DNA of 64,000 nt from Candidatus Methanomethylicia archaeon (GCA_038727515.1 JAVYVS010000001.1:192001-256000), one strand, 5' to 3'; positions 50,943-61,565 are shown, counted from the first letter of the stretch. The notes: generated from the sequence alone by a model not told the origin. Numbers and translations are program-made.

Positions 50943-53762
50943 ATGGGTAAAGCATGGCATTCAATGGAAATCAATGAAATCCTAAGGGAATTAAACACAA
51001 ATTTAAATGGATTAACACATGAAGAAGCTAAGAAGAGATTGGAGAAATATGGTTATAATGAAATTAAAACTGTTAAACGTAGAACACCACTACAAATGTT
51101 TCTAGATGAATTTAAGGATATATTCATATTATTGTTAATTGCTGCATCCATATTTTCAGCAGTAATCGGATACTGGGAATTAATCCATGGTGGAGAATTC
51201 ATGGAATCTTTTGCAGATGTTATAACGATAATGGCCATAGTAATGTTATGCGCTATAACAGGATTTATACAGGAATATAGAGCGGAAAAAGCTGTTGAAG
51301 CCCTGAGAAAAATGGCAGCTCCAAAAGCAAGAGTAATACGTAATGGAATTGAAGAAGTCATACCTGCAAGAGAACTAGTCCCGGGAGACATAATATTATT
51401 GGAAGAAGGTGATAGAATACCGGCAGATGCACGATTAATAGAAGCCATAGAGTTAAGGACAAATGAAGCAATATTAACTGGAGAATCCACATCAGTAATA
51501 AAGGAGGTAACAACCCTAAGGGAGGATACACATATAGGTGAAAGGAGAAACATGGTTTTCTCAGCAACACACACAGTACATGGAAGAGGAAAAGCAATAG
51601 TTGTAGCCACTGGAATGAACACAGAATTCGGGAAAATAGCGGAAATGGTTCAAACACTAGAGGAAGAAGAAACACCACTACAAAGAAAACTAAACATTTT
51701 CGCATCAAAAATAGCGAAAATAGTAATTGCAGTATGTGCATTAATCTTCGTACTTGAAGCCTTTGAAGTATTTATGCAAAAAACCTTTGAAATTGAAGGA
51801 TTTATACAAGCATTCATGTCTTCAATAGCTTTAGCAATATCAGCAGTACCAGAGGGGCTACCAGCAATAGTAACAATAGCCCTAGCACTAGGAGCAAGAG
51901 AACTAGCAAAAAGAAATGCCATCATAAGAAAGCTATCAGCAGCAGAAAGCCTAGGATCAGTAACAGTAATATGCTCAGATAAAACTGGAACTATAACAAA
52001 AGGGGAAATGACGGTAAGGAGAATATATGTGGATGGAAGGTTAACAGAGGTAACTGGAGTGGGATATGAACCAAAGGGAGAATTCAAAATTGGGAATGAA
52101 ACCCTAAATCCAGAGGGAAACTTAAAACTTCTACTTCAAATAGGAGCATTATGCAATAATGCTAAACTAAGAAGAAATGAAAACAATAATTCATGGGAAA
52201 TCTTTGGAGACCCCACGGAAGGAGCATTAATAGTAGCAGCAGAAAAAGCTGGAATTAAAAGAGAAGAATTAGAGAAAAATTATCCGCGAATAGGAGAAAT
52301 ACCATTCTCCTCAGAGAGAAAACGTATGACAACAATACATAAAACACCTGAAGGAGAAATACATGCATACATGAAGGGAGCTCCAGAAATAGTCTTAGGT
52401 AAATGTAGTAAAATAATAGAAAATGGAATAGAAATACCATTAACAGAAGAACATAGAAAGAAAATATTAAAATTGAATGAAGAAATGGCTTCAAATGCTT
52501 TAAGAATATTGGCAATGGCATACAGGAAGCTACCACCAACAATAATGGAATACAATGAAAATATAGAATCAGAAATGATCTTCGTAGGATTAGAGGGAAT
52601 GATAGATCCACCGAGAGAAGAAGCCATAGAAGCAAATAAATTATGTCAAAAAGCAGGAATAAAAACAATAATGATAACTGGAGACCATAAACTCACAGCC
52701 ATAGCCGTAGCAAAAGAAGTTGGAATATTTAAAGAGGGAGATATAGCGGTAACAGGGGAAGAACTAGACAAAATGAGCGATGAAGAATTTGAGAAAATAG
52801 TGGAGAAAATCACGGTCTACGCAAGAGTTTCACCAGCACATAAACTAAGAATAGTAAAAGCATTAAAGAAGAGGGGGCATATAGTGGCTATGACTGGAGA
52901 TGGAGTAAACGATGCACCAGCAGTAAAAGCTGCAGATGTTGGAATAGCCATGGGAATAACTGGAACAGACGTAACAAAGGAGTCAGCAGACATCATACTA
53001 GCAGATGACAATTTTGCAACAATAGTTAGAGCAGTAGAATATGGAAGAGTAATATACGACAACATAAGAAAATATGCAAGATTCCTATTAGCATGCAACT
53101 TCGACGAACTACTAGTTATAGGATCCTTCGCAATTCTAGGTGGATTATTCGGTGCAGAATACTTCCCACTACCACTCTTACCAGCAATGATACTATGGAT
53201 AAACCTAGTAACAGATGGAGCGCCAGCAGTAGCATTAGCCACAGACCCCCCAGACATAGACGTAATGAATAGACCACCAAGAAAACCAGAGGAAGGAATA
53301 CTACATGGCATGCTAGCATTCATAATAGCATCATTCATACTCCAAGCCACAGGAACAATACTAGTCTTCTGCCTAGAATACTATGTTTGGCCAACATATC
53401 CATGGAACTTCCCATGGGGAATAGATGAAGAAGCAAGACAATTAACATATAGAGAAGCAACAACAGCAGCCTTCGTACAAGCTGCATTATTCGAACTCTT
53501 CGTAGTCTGGAATTGTAGATCTGAAAAACAAAGTGTATGGAAAATGGGTAGAAAAGCTCTACAAAACAAATTCTTCGTAATATCAGTCATAGCTTCAACA
53601 ATCATAACATTAGCAATAACATACATACCAATAACACAACAATTATTCCATCTATCCCCACTAAACCTAAAAGACTTAACATATATAATGGCAGTATCAA
53701 GCTGGGGTCTATTCGTACTACCGGAAATATTCATGAACAAGAAGATACTAAAATGGCACTAA
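50943..53762 (+). CDS. P-type cation-transporting ATPase (P2A, Ca2+-type)
   Basis: LTGES, VPEGLP, DKTGT, KGAPE, TGDH, TGDGVNDAPA, WINLVTD. Confidence 0.95.
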   Translation: MGKAWHSMEINEILRELNTNLNGLTHEEAKKRLEKYGYNEIKTVKRRTPLQMFLDEFKDIFILLLIAASIFSAVIGYWELIHGGEFMESFADVITIMAIVMLCAITGFIQEYRAEKAVEALRKMAAPKARVIRNGIEEVIPARELVPGDIILLEEGDRIPADARLIEAIELRTNEAILTGESTSVIKEVTTLREDTHIGERRNMVFSATHTVHGRGKAIVVATGMNTEFGKIAEMVQTLEEEETPLQRKLNIFASKIAKIVIAVCALIFVLEAFEVFMQKTFEIEGFIQAFMSSIALAISAVPEGLPAIVTIALALGARELAKRNAIIRKLSAAESLGSVTVICSDKTGTITKGEMTVRRIYVDGRLTEVTGVGYEPKGEFKIGNETLNPEGNLKLLLQIGALCNNAKLRRNENNNSWEIFGDPTEGALIVAAEKAGIKREELEKNYPRIGEIPFSSERKRMTTIHKTPEGEIHAYMKGAPEIVLGKCSKIIENGIEIPLTEEHRKKILKLNEEMASNALRILAMAYRKLPPTIMEYNENIESEMIFVGLEGMIDPPREEAIEANKLCQKAGIKTIMITGDHKLTAIAVAKEVGIFKEGDIAVTGEELDKMSDEEFEKIVEKITVYARVSPAHKLRIVKALKKRGHIVAMTGDGVNDAPAVKAADVGIAMGITGTDVTKESADIILADDNFATIVRAVEYGRVIYDNIRKYARFLLACNFDELLVIGSFAILGGLFGAEYFPLPLLPAMILWINLVTDGAPAVALATDPPDIDVMNRPPRKPEEGILHGMLAFIIASFILQATGTILVFCLEYYVWPTYPWNFPWGIDEEARQLTYREATTAAFVQAALFELFVVWNCRSEKQSVWKMGRKALQNKFFVISVIASTIITLAITYIPITQQLFHLSPLNLKDLTYIMAVSSWGLFVLPEIFMNKKILKWH

Positions 53763-53809
53763 AAACTAAATTCTTATTTCTAGTTATTAGAACAATTACA
53801 ATTGTGAAC

Positions 53810-53843
53810 TTTAAACACAAATATAAGAGGCTTTGTGTTTAAA
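53810..53843. terminator. 12-bp perfect inverted repeat between convergent genes (possible bidirectional terminator)
   Basis: TTTAAACACAAA-10 nt-TTTGTGTTTAAA. Confidence 0.4.
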
Positions 53844-53885
53844 TATAATAACTTTTGAATTTTTCATAATCTTTTTTGTTTAAGT

Positions 53886-54857
53886 TTATTTCCATTCTTT
53901 TGTTTTTAGATACTTGGATATTGTTAAGGCGGCTGTTGCTCCTTGTCCTGCTGCTATCACATACTGATTTTCTATTCCTGTTATGTCTCCAGCTGCACAT
54001 AACCCTCTTATATTTGTTCTCATCCTCTCATCTACCTTTATATATCCTTGTTCTGTGAATTGTAGAGGTAGTTTTTTTACGGGTTCTATGTTTGGAGTTT
54101 GTCCTATGGATATGAATACTCCATCAACCTCTAATTCCATTATACTTTTATCTTCAGTGTTTTCTAGTATTACCTTTTCAAGTTTTTTTGTCCCTTTAAA
54201 TTCTAGTGGTTTGTATGGTGTTAAAGTTTCAACGTTTTCTTTTGATAACGCTAGTTTTTGTAGGTATGGTTCTGCTCTAAATTCCCGTCTTCTATGTATC
54301 CAATAGACTTTTTTACATATGTTTGATAGGTATTCTGTGTATGTTGCAGCAGTGTTGCCTCCACCTATTACTGCAACAATCTTATTCCTATAGAAGGGGC
54401 CATCACAAGTAGCACAATAACTTACTCCCCTTCCAAGAAATTCATCTTCTCCTGGAACTCCAAGTTTATTATGTGTTGTTCCAGTGGCTATTATTACTGC
54501 TTTTGAGATATACGTCTTTCCACTTCCCGTTTTCACAGAGAATCTTTGTTCATTTACCAGATCTATTTCTTTAACTTCTTCAAATATTATTGGTACATTG
54601 AATTTCTCCAATTGAATTCTAATTTTCTCTGATAATTCTATTCCACTTATTGTGGGATAACCTGGATAATTCTCTATTAAATGTGTGATTAATAGATTTC
54701 CACCAATACCCACTTTATCTATTAAAAGTGTTTTTAATGCTTGTCTAGAGGTATATATTGCAGCCGTACATCCAGCTATTCCTGCACCTACAATTATAAC
54801 ATCATATTCTTCTTCAATTTCCACAGGCTTTTCCGGTTTAAGTATTATTGTTTGCAT
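53886..54857 (-). CDS. trxB: Thioredoxin-disulfide reductase
   Basis: GAGIAG, IENYPG, GVSYCATCDG, GGGNTA, AAGD. Confidence 0.94.
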   Translation of the reverse strand: MQTIILKPEKPVEIEEEYDVIIVGAGIAGCTAAIYTSRQALKTLLIDKVGIGGNLLITHLIENYPGYPTISGIELSEKIRIQLEKFNVPIIFEEVKEIDLVNEQRFSVKTGSGKTYISKAVIIATGTTHNKLGVPGEDEFLGRGVSYCATCDGPFYRNKIVAVIGGGNTAATYTEYLSNICKKVYWIHRRREFRAEPYLQKLALSKENVETLTPYKPLEFKGTKKLEKVILENTEDKSIMELEVDGVFISIGQTPNIEPVKKLPLQFTEQGYIKVDERMRTNIRGLCAAGDITGIENQYVIAAGQGATAALTISKYLKTKEWK

Positions 54858-54893
54858 AAAACATAGTTATCATAACCTATGATATAACGTTTT

Positions 54894-55664
54894 TTATATG
54901 GCATCATAGTATAGTTTAAAACCAGAATCTGTTTTCTCAATTTTAACTATCTTTATCTCGTTTATTTCTCCAGTATTTGATAAGTGAGTTCCAGTGCATG
55001 GTATCCCATTGATACCTTCAATAATTACAATCCTATATTTATCTGCTTTTGGAAGTCTATCAAGATTTGGAGCATTAAATGCATATCTACTTAGATCTTT
55101 ATATTCAACCCAAACGCATCTAACCTTCCTATGCTCTCTTACAATTTTATTTGCCTCATTATAAATAACCCTAATCTTATCTTCACTTGGAATTTCAGCT
55201 TTATATTCAATATATGCTTCTGGTGGACTATGATTTGCACTTAAAGTTTCAATTAATCCACCATAAGCTTCCCCAACGGCATAATCTAATACATGCCCTG
55301 CAGTATGAAGCTTCATAATTTTAATTCTCTTCTCCCAATCAAGAATACATTTCACCATTAAATCAGTTTTCACTATTTCAGGGGATCCATAAATGAGCTT
55401 TATATAATGAAATATTACATCATCAACTTCCAATACCTTTAAAATATTGAATTTAAATCCTTCCCCAATAATTAATCCAGAATCTCCATCTTGTCCACCA
55501 CCTTTAGGATGAAATATGGTTTTATCAAGGGTTATGTATGCTCGATCCTTCTTCTCCCAATGAACACCCATAATCGTAGATTCAATTTCCCTTATATATG
55601 GATCTTCAAGATATACTTTGAAAGTTTTAGGGGTAATTTTAGCTATCTCTCTTATATCCACCAT
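54894..55664 (-). CDS. alaX: Alanyl-tRNA editing protein AlaX
   Basis: TIFHPKGGGQDGD, HTAGH and PCTGTH Zn motifs. Confidence 0.9.
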   Translation of the reverse strand: MVDIREIAKITPKTFKVYLEDPYIREIESTIMGVHWEKKDRAYITLDKTIFHPKGGGQDGDSGLIIGEGFKFNILKVLEVDDVIFHYIKLIYGSPEIVKTDLMVKCILDWEKRIKIMKLHTAGHVLDYAVGEAYGGLIETLSANHSPPEAYIEYKAEIPSEDKIRVIYNEANKIVREHRKVRCVWVEYKDLSRYAFNAPNLDRLPKADKYRIVIIEGINGIPCTGTHLSNTGEINEIKIVKIEKTDSGFKLYYDAI

Positions 55665-55802
55665 AAATATCGAAATTAAATATTGTCTAACATATGTTTA
55701 AATATATCACCTTCTAAAGAATCAATTAATGTAATGAAAATATTTTGCAAAAAAAGAGTAATATTTATATGATATTATACCATATATTTGCAATGAAGAA
55801 TT

Positions 55803-56585
55803 ATGTATTTTGAACCATTACCAATAGTGATATCAAAAGATAATAGGGTAAGTGTTTTATATGTAATGTTTAGCAAGGAAGCAATACATGAAATAGGAAT
55901 ATTAAAAGATTTAAGTGAGATAATTGCTGAAGAAGGAATACCAATAATAAAGTTTTTCAGTAGTAATTCCAATGTGGCAATTTTCATGGATACCACTGAT
56001 GAAGCAAAGCTATCTAAAGTTTTAGAGAAATTGAAGAGTAGAGTAAAATACGTGGAAAACTTTGGGATACATATATCAGATATTAAGGGGTTTGCATCAA
56101 TTTCAAATTCATATCCAAAATTATTTGGTGAAAGAATATTGATACTACGTGAAACAGCATTCAAATCACTAATAGAATGTATACTGGAAAATCTAAAGAT
56201 AACTCCACAAATAGTGTTATACTTAGTTGGTAGAAGAATGGGTGAAGAATACTACAAAAGCCATCGAGAAATATTTAAAACAGACTTAGAATCCACTGTG
56301 AGAATCGCAGAGAAATTATTTACATTAACAGGTTTTGGAAGGTTGGAGGTTGTTAGAAGGAGTTTTGATCCATTAGAGATTGAGTATGATGTTTATGATT
56401 GTATTGAGTGTAAGATTAATTTTGAAGCTGGTAGGAAAATTAAATCATCACTAATAAGAGGATTAATAGAAGGATATTACACAAAACTATTGGGAAGAGA
56501 AGTAGAATGCATAGAAGAAGAATGCATAACACAAGAAAAAGAAAAATGCAAATTCAAAATAAAACCAATAGAAATAAAAGCATAA
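55803..56585 (+). CDS. ACT-like + V4R domain protein
   Basis: GILKDLSEIIAEEGIPI ACT-like motif; GFG..YDCIEC..LIRGLIEG..EEEC..KCKF. Confidence 0.8.
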   Translation: MYFEPLPIVISKDNRVSVLYVMFSKEAIHEIGILKDLSEIIAEEGIPIIKFFSSNSNVAIFMDTTDEAKLSKVLEKLKSRVKYVENFGIHISDIKGFASISNSYPKLFGERILILRETAFKSLIECILENLKITPQIVLYLVGRRMGEEYYKSHREIFKTDLESTVRIAEKLFTLTGFGRLEVVRRSFDPLEIEYDVYDCIECKINFEAGRKIKSSLIRGLIEGYYTKLLGREVECIEEECITQEKEKCKFKIKPIEIKA

Positions 56586-56619
56586 ATGTTAAATTAATTG
56601 GATTATAATCTTTATTAAT

Positions 56620-58506
56620 ATGGGTTTAGTTGATGAATTTGAGTGGTTAGAGAATATTGAGGATTCAAAGGTTTTGGATTGGGCTAGGAATTTGAATTTA
56701 AAGTTTAAATCTGAATTTAATGTTCTTTCAGATAATATTTATCCTAGGGTTCTTGATGTTTATAGGTTTCCAATAATATTAGTTATGAATTTAACTAGTA
56801 GAGGTATATATTTACTTGTTAGAGAATATGATTCTTATAAAATTAGATTATTGAATTTTGATGGAGAATTAAGTGACATTGTTGATTCTAAGGATTTAGG
56901 GAGGGATATTGTTATACATAGTTTGTATTCAAATGCTTCTGGAAGTAGGATTGCATATGCATATTCTATTGGTGGTTCTGATGAAAGTAAAATTAAGATT
57001 TTAGATGCATTTTCCATGGAGGAGATTGATGAACTTGAAGGTTTTGTACATTCGATAACTTGGATTGATGATGAGAGATATTATTATGTTAGAGCTTTTA
57101 GGAGGGGTTTAACTCCCGATGGTGTTAAGCCTCCAGCCACTAGAATATTTTTGAGGGAAAATGGTTCTGAAACCTTTATTGAAAGTATTAAACCTCCATC
57201 AATGCACTATATTGATTTGAGGAGTTCAAATCATGGTGATAAAGCTTTATTAACTATTAGTTGTGGTTGGGTTGGAGTTGAATTTTGGTCTGGAGATCTT
57301 GATAAACCTGAAGATTGGAGGCATGTATATGGTGATTTGAAATCTATAACTGAACCTATGGATTACATTAATGGAAGGTATATAGTCATATATTATGGTT
57401 CAGAGGGTAATGGTGATGTTAGGGTTGTTTGGGATGGAGGATGTGAAATTATAGTGGGGGAGGATGATTTAAATCCAATTTTAGGTGGAATTGTTACTGA
57501 TAATGGGATTATACTGCATAAATTGTTTAATGCATCTTCAAAATTAGAGTTTTATGATTTTAATGGTGTATTTATAAGGAGATTAGATTTTCCAAAACCT
57601 GTAACTATTAGGAATTTACAGTATTGTAATGGTAAAACTACATTTAAAGTTGAATCTTTCTTAATGCCATATCAGATACATCTCCTCCATGATGATAAAC
57701 ATGAAATTCTAGCTTCCATGGAGATTGATTTTGATCATGAGATAATTGAAGATACAGCTGTATCAAGAGATGGAACAAGGATACATTTCTTTATGGTTAA
57801 AGGTAGAGGTAAACCTATTGATAAAGTGCTGCTTTATGGTTATGGTGGATTTAGAATATCTTTAACTCCAACATTTACACCTATAGTGAAGATATTATTG
57901 GAGGATGGATTGACATATGCTGTTGCAAATATTAGGGGTGGATTGGAGTATGGGGAGAAGTGGCATAAGGCTGGAATGCTACATAATAAGCAGAATGTAT
58001 TTGAGGATTTCAAAGCTGTTATAAAGAAGCTTAAGAGTTTTGGAGCTAAGGTGGCTATTACCGGTAGGAGTAATGGTGGACTCTTAGTCTCAGCAATAAT
58101 AACTCAAACCCCTGAAATTGTGGATTGCGCAGTAATTGGATATCCAGTGATTGATATGCTTAAATTTCATAAGCTTCACCCTGGAGTAGCAAAATTATGG
58201 ATTTTAGAATATGGAGATCCAGAAAACCCCTTTGATAGGGAATATCTATTAAAGTATTCACCATATCACAATTTAAAGTCAAACTTAAAATATCCACCAA
58301 CAATGATTTACACTGGTTTAAAGGATGATAGAGTTCATCCAGCTCATGCATTAAAATTTGCAGCTAAACTTCTAAGTGTTGGAGCTAATGTTTATCTTAG
58401 GCTTGAGGAAATGAGTGGTCACATAGGTGCATCTCCAGAAGTTAGAGCGAGAGAGGAATCTGATATTCTAGCTTTTATATATCATTTCCTTAAGGTTTAC
58501 CGCTAA
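56620..58506 (+). CDS. Prolyl oligopeptidase (S9A)
   Basis: YGYGGF, NIRGGLEYGEKWH, GRSNGGL, DDRVHP, SGH. Confidence 0.94.
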   Translation: MGLVDEFEWLENIEDSKVLDWARNLNLKFKSEFNVLSDNIYPRVLDVYRFPIILVMNLTSRGIYLLVREYDSYKIRLLNFDGELSDIVDSKDLGRDIVIHSLYSNASGSRIAYAYSIGGSDESKIKILDAFSMEEIDELEGFVHSITWIDDERYYYVRAFRRGLTPDGVKPPATRIFLRENGSETFIESIKPPSMHYIDLRSSNHGDKALLTISCGWVGVEFWSGDLDKPEDWRHVYGDLKSITEPMDYINGRYIVIYYGSEGNGDVRVVWDGGCEIIVGEDDLNPILGGIVTDNGIILHKLFNASSKLEFYDFNGVFIRRLDFPKPVTIRNLQYCNGKTTFKVESFLMPYQIHLLHDDKHEILASMEIDFDHEIIEDTAVSRDGTRIHFFMVKGRGKPIDKVLLYGYGGFRISLTPTFTPIVKILLEDGLTYAVANIRGGLEYGEKWHKAGMLHNKQNVFEDFKAVIKKLKSFGAKVAITGRSNGGLLVSAIITQTPEIVDCAVIGYPVIDMLKFHKLHPGVAKLWILEYGDPENPFDREYLLKYSPYHNLKSNLKYPPTMIYTGLKDDRVHPAHALKFAAKLLSVGANVYLRLEEMSGHIGASPEVRAREESDILAFIYHFLKVYR

Positions 58507-60874
58507 CTTTAGGTTTAAAGAAATCCGTTAAAGTTTTAGTTTTACCTAAACTCATTATTTGTTCTTCCCTTACTCCAAATACTTCTAGTATTCTTGAAAC
58601 TGCTGGTAAAACTTGATTTGAAATATAGTATTCTACATCCAATTGATCTTTTGAAGCCAACATGTATGGTATAGCCCTTTCATAAAGTTTCCCAGTACCA
58701 ATGGAAATTATGTATCCAACTTTATCACCTAGTGAGAGGCTGAAGCCTTTTTCCTTAAGTATCCTTGCAGCTTCAACATGTGGAGCTTTAACTTCATATT
58801 CACTTAAATCCTTGGTTAAAGTCTTCCAAATAATATACTCTTTGAATGGTATTTCTCCCTTCCTCATTCTTCCAATGAAACTTCTAATGAAATCTAAAGC
58901 TTTATTAACACCTTCACCATGCATAATTATCTCTAAAACCCTTTCTTGAGCAATCTTAGCCACATTAGCCCAATCTCCACGAACCACTTCCAAACCAACA
59001 AAATCCAATCTACCATCTTCAAGTAATCCACAATACCTCTTTTTAGCTTCAGTAAACAGTATTCTAACATAAACTTTATCTATCCTAGCTTCAAAACCAA
59101 GTTCACTTCTAATTCTACCCAACAATTTCTCCACGAGTTCAGGTTTATATTCTACGAATAAGCTATCAGTATCACCATAAACAACTTTTAAACCTATTTC
59201 ACTGGAGATTTTAAGAGTATTTGAAATTAGACTTCTACCCCAAGCAGTTACAGCTTCAGCTACAGGTTTAATATACCATCTAGCACCAATCCAACCAGCA
59301 TAACCATACATGGCATTTGAAATAACTTTTATAGCCTTCTGTCTAGCATCTAAAACCTTATATAATGGATCTTCTGAGCTTAAACTCTTAATTACACTTC
59401 TAATGTTATCTCTAACTTCAATTAAAGTTTTCAATACATCCCTATAGAATCCTGGAGGATCCCTTCTAAATCTATGTTTAACTTCAGGTGCAATGTATAC
59501 TCCACACGGTGGCTCAGGTTCTTCTGGTGGTATATATGTATCTGGGGAAACATTATATGTTAACATTATACTTGGATACATACTTCTAAAATCTATTACT
59601 GCAACATTTTCATGTAATCCAGGTTTAGGTTGTAAAACTATTGCTCCAGCATAGGGTTGATATAATACTTCCTTCCTCTTTGGAACAAGTTCACCAAATC
59701 TATATGCATTCCTAATCAAGAACCATTCAACTCTAAATCCAACAGCAGCTGTACCAATGAAATCCAATGGTAAACCAACGAGATATGATAATTGAATTGC
59801 AAAATCAATTATGGCTCTATAAACACCCATAATCCTCTTAACGTTATCCATGGAATACCTGTATAAATCCCCTCTTCTATTTGGATCACGCCAATAATCT
59901 TGAACTTCAAAATCCTCTATTACACCCTCAGCCTTCATAACTCCAAGATACTCAGCAATATTCTCTAAACTCTTAACTTTAACCTCTTGAAATTCATCTG
60001 CAAAATCAAATAGATCAAGATTTATCCTACCAGTAATAGATATATGCCCATACAAACTTGTATGTGGTTCACTTCCAACTCTATCAATACATAACTTTAA
60101 ACCATTCCTTCTAGCTCTCTCCAATAAGTATGGTATAAGTCTAGAATTAGAACCATAACTGACAATTATATCTGGATCATATGAATTCACATAATCAATG
60201 AACCTCTTTAAAATATTTAAATCACTTAGATCTTCACCTACAGTAAACATCTTTTCTACGCCATCACCATCAATAGTTGAAATTACAATTATAGGGTCTT
60301 TCTCAGGTTTTGGTGAGCCAGATGAACTTAAACAAATAAACCAAAATCCAAGAATCTTAAGTTTTGGAATACTTGGATCTTCAATGGATATAGGTTTATC
60401 AAGAGCTAAATAGATGGAATCAACCTTAACATTACCATACCCATCTAAAGGTTCACAATCCACTTCAATCCATCCACAAGGTCTAATTCCATTATCAATT
60501 AAATATCTAAGTGTAAATCTAATATCATATTCATAAACATCTAAAATATTTGGTAAACCCTTAACTTTAGAAGCAGTATCATCCACTCTATCTGGATCAC
60601 TACAATAAATTTTTAAAGCTTTAACATTCTTACCAAAAACCTTTCTTTCACAAACTTCAAAACCAATTACATTACGTGGAAAAAGTCTAAGAATACTATT
60701 ACCAATATCTTCAGCATTAACATCACCTTTTAAAACAGCATAGAAATATGGTTTAAACCTTCTATCAACAATAAGAATTCTACGTTCATCACTTGTTATA
60801 CCCCAAAGCCACACCTCTGGAATTCCATTTCTAAATTCATAATTTAAATCCAAAAGCCAAAATTTAATCTTCAA
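58490..60874 (-). CDS. polB3: Family B DNA polymerase, PolB3 type, with degenerate 3'-5' exonuclease
   Basis: DFRSMYPS, KVISNAMYGY, YGDTDS and KKRY intact; C-terminal PIP-like TLTDFF; exonuclease acidic residues absent. Confidence 0.93.
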   Translation of the reverse strand: MKIKFWLLDLNYEFRNGIPEVWLWGITSDERRILIVDRRFKPYFYAVLKGDVNAEDIGNSILRLFPRNVIGFEVCERKVFGKNVKALKIYCSDPDRVDDTASKVKGLPNILDVYEYDIRFTLRYLIDNGIRPCGWIEVDCEPLDGYGNVKVDSIYLALDKPISIEDPSIPKLKILGFWFICLSSSGSPKPEKDPIIVISTIDGDGVEKMFTVGEDLSDLNILKRFIDYVNSYDPDIIVSYGSNSRLIPYLLERARRNGLKLCIDRVGSEPHTSLYGHISITGRINLDLFDFADEFQEVKVKSLENIAEYLGVMKAEGVIEDFEVQDYWRDPNRRGDLYRYSMDNVKRIMGVYRAIIDFAIQLSYLVGLPLDFIGTAAVGFRVEWFLIRNAYRFGELVPKRKEVLYQPYAGAIVLQPKPGLHENVAVIDFRSMYPSIMLTYNVSPDTYIPPEEPEPPCGVYIAPEVKHRFRRDPPGFYRDVLKTLIEVRDNIRSVIKSLSSEDPLYKVLDARQKAIKVISNAMYGYAGWIGARWYIKPVAEAVTAWGRSLISNTLKISSEIGLKVVYGDTDSLFVEYKPELVEKLLGRIRSELGFEARIDKVYVRILFTEAKKRYCGLLEDGRLDFVGLEVVRGDWANVAKIAQERVLEIIMHGEGVNKALDFIRSFIGRMRKGEIPFKEYIIWKTLTKDLSEYEVKAPHVEAARILKEKGFSLSLGDKVGYIISIGTGKLYERAIPYMLASKDQLDVEYYISNQVLPAVSRILEVFGVREEQIMSLGKTKTLTDFFKPKVSGKP

Positions 60875-60945
60875 ATCTCATCCTAAATCTATATTGGATT
60901 AGTTAACCCTAAAATTTTTCCTCTAAACGTGTTAAGTTATAGTGT

Positions 60946-61080
60946 ATGATTGAAGGAGATTACTGTAGATTTAGAATCGCAAGAAATTATGGGGAAATCT
61001 ATTGTAAATTTTGGTGTAGAGTTATGGTTAAATGTCCATGTCAACATCATCTATATGGTTGGTGGGGTAGGAAATGGTGA
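60946..61080 (+). CDS. Putative small Cys-rich protein (44 aa, not in ORF track)
   Basis: MIEGDYCRFRIARNYGEIYCKFWCRVMVKCPCQHHLYGWWGRKW; its stop overlaps the next start (ATGGTGA). Confidence 0.45.
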   Translation: MIEGDYCRFRIARNYGEIYCKFWCRVMVKCPCQHHLYGWWGRKW

Positions 61081-61565
61081 AAAAAGAATGTGCAGAACAA
61101 GTGGAAATAGCTGTAAAAAGAATTGCACTATTACATATAGCATATGTTAAAGTATTGGTTAAAGAATTTGGTGAGGAGAAGGCTAAAGAACTATCTTTGA
61201 AAGCAATAATGGAGTATGGTAAACTCATCGGTGAAAGAATAAAGAGGGGTTTACCAGACTTTCCAAAATATGGAGCTAGTGAAAAGACTGAGGGAAATAG
61301 AGTTTATGGATGTAAGATAGCAGAAGTATTCTTGGAATACAATATGGCAAAATTTGGATGCATATATTGCTATGTAGATCCAGCGAAATCAATGATGGTA
61401 AACCCAGAAAAGAAGGTTATACATACCTCATGCATACTTACAGGAGACGGCTACTGTACATTTGAAATCTATGATACTACAACCACGGAGAGAGAAGCTT
61501 TTAAAAATGGAAGTATAGAGTGGAGTAAAGTTGATAAAAAACTTTATGAAAACATTTTCACCTAA
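61074..61565 (+). CDS. ATC-hydrolase-like (V4R clan) protein
   Basis: RIALLH..FGEE..AIMEYG, GCKIA, YCYVDPAK, GDGYCTF. Confidence 0.75.
   Translation: MVKKECAEQVEIAVKRIALLHIAYVKVLVKEFGEEKAKELSLKAIMEYGKLIGERIKRGLPDFPKYGASEKTEGNRVYGCKIAEVFLEYNMAKFGCIYCYVDPAKSMMVNPEKKVIHTSCILTGDGYCTFEIYDTTTTEREAFKNGSIEWSKVDKKLYENIFT

Noticed and set aside
60950-61150. 66-aa ORF in the track
   Set aside because: Overlaps the 61074 gene by 77 nt with no motif. The 60946-61080 frame fits the gap better.
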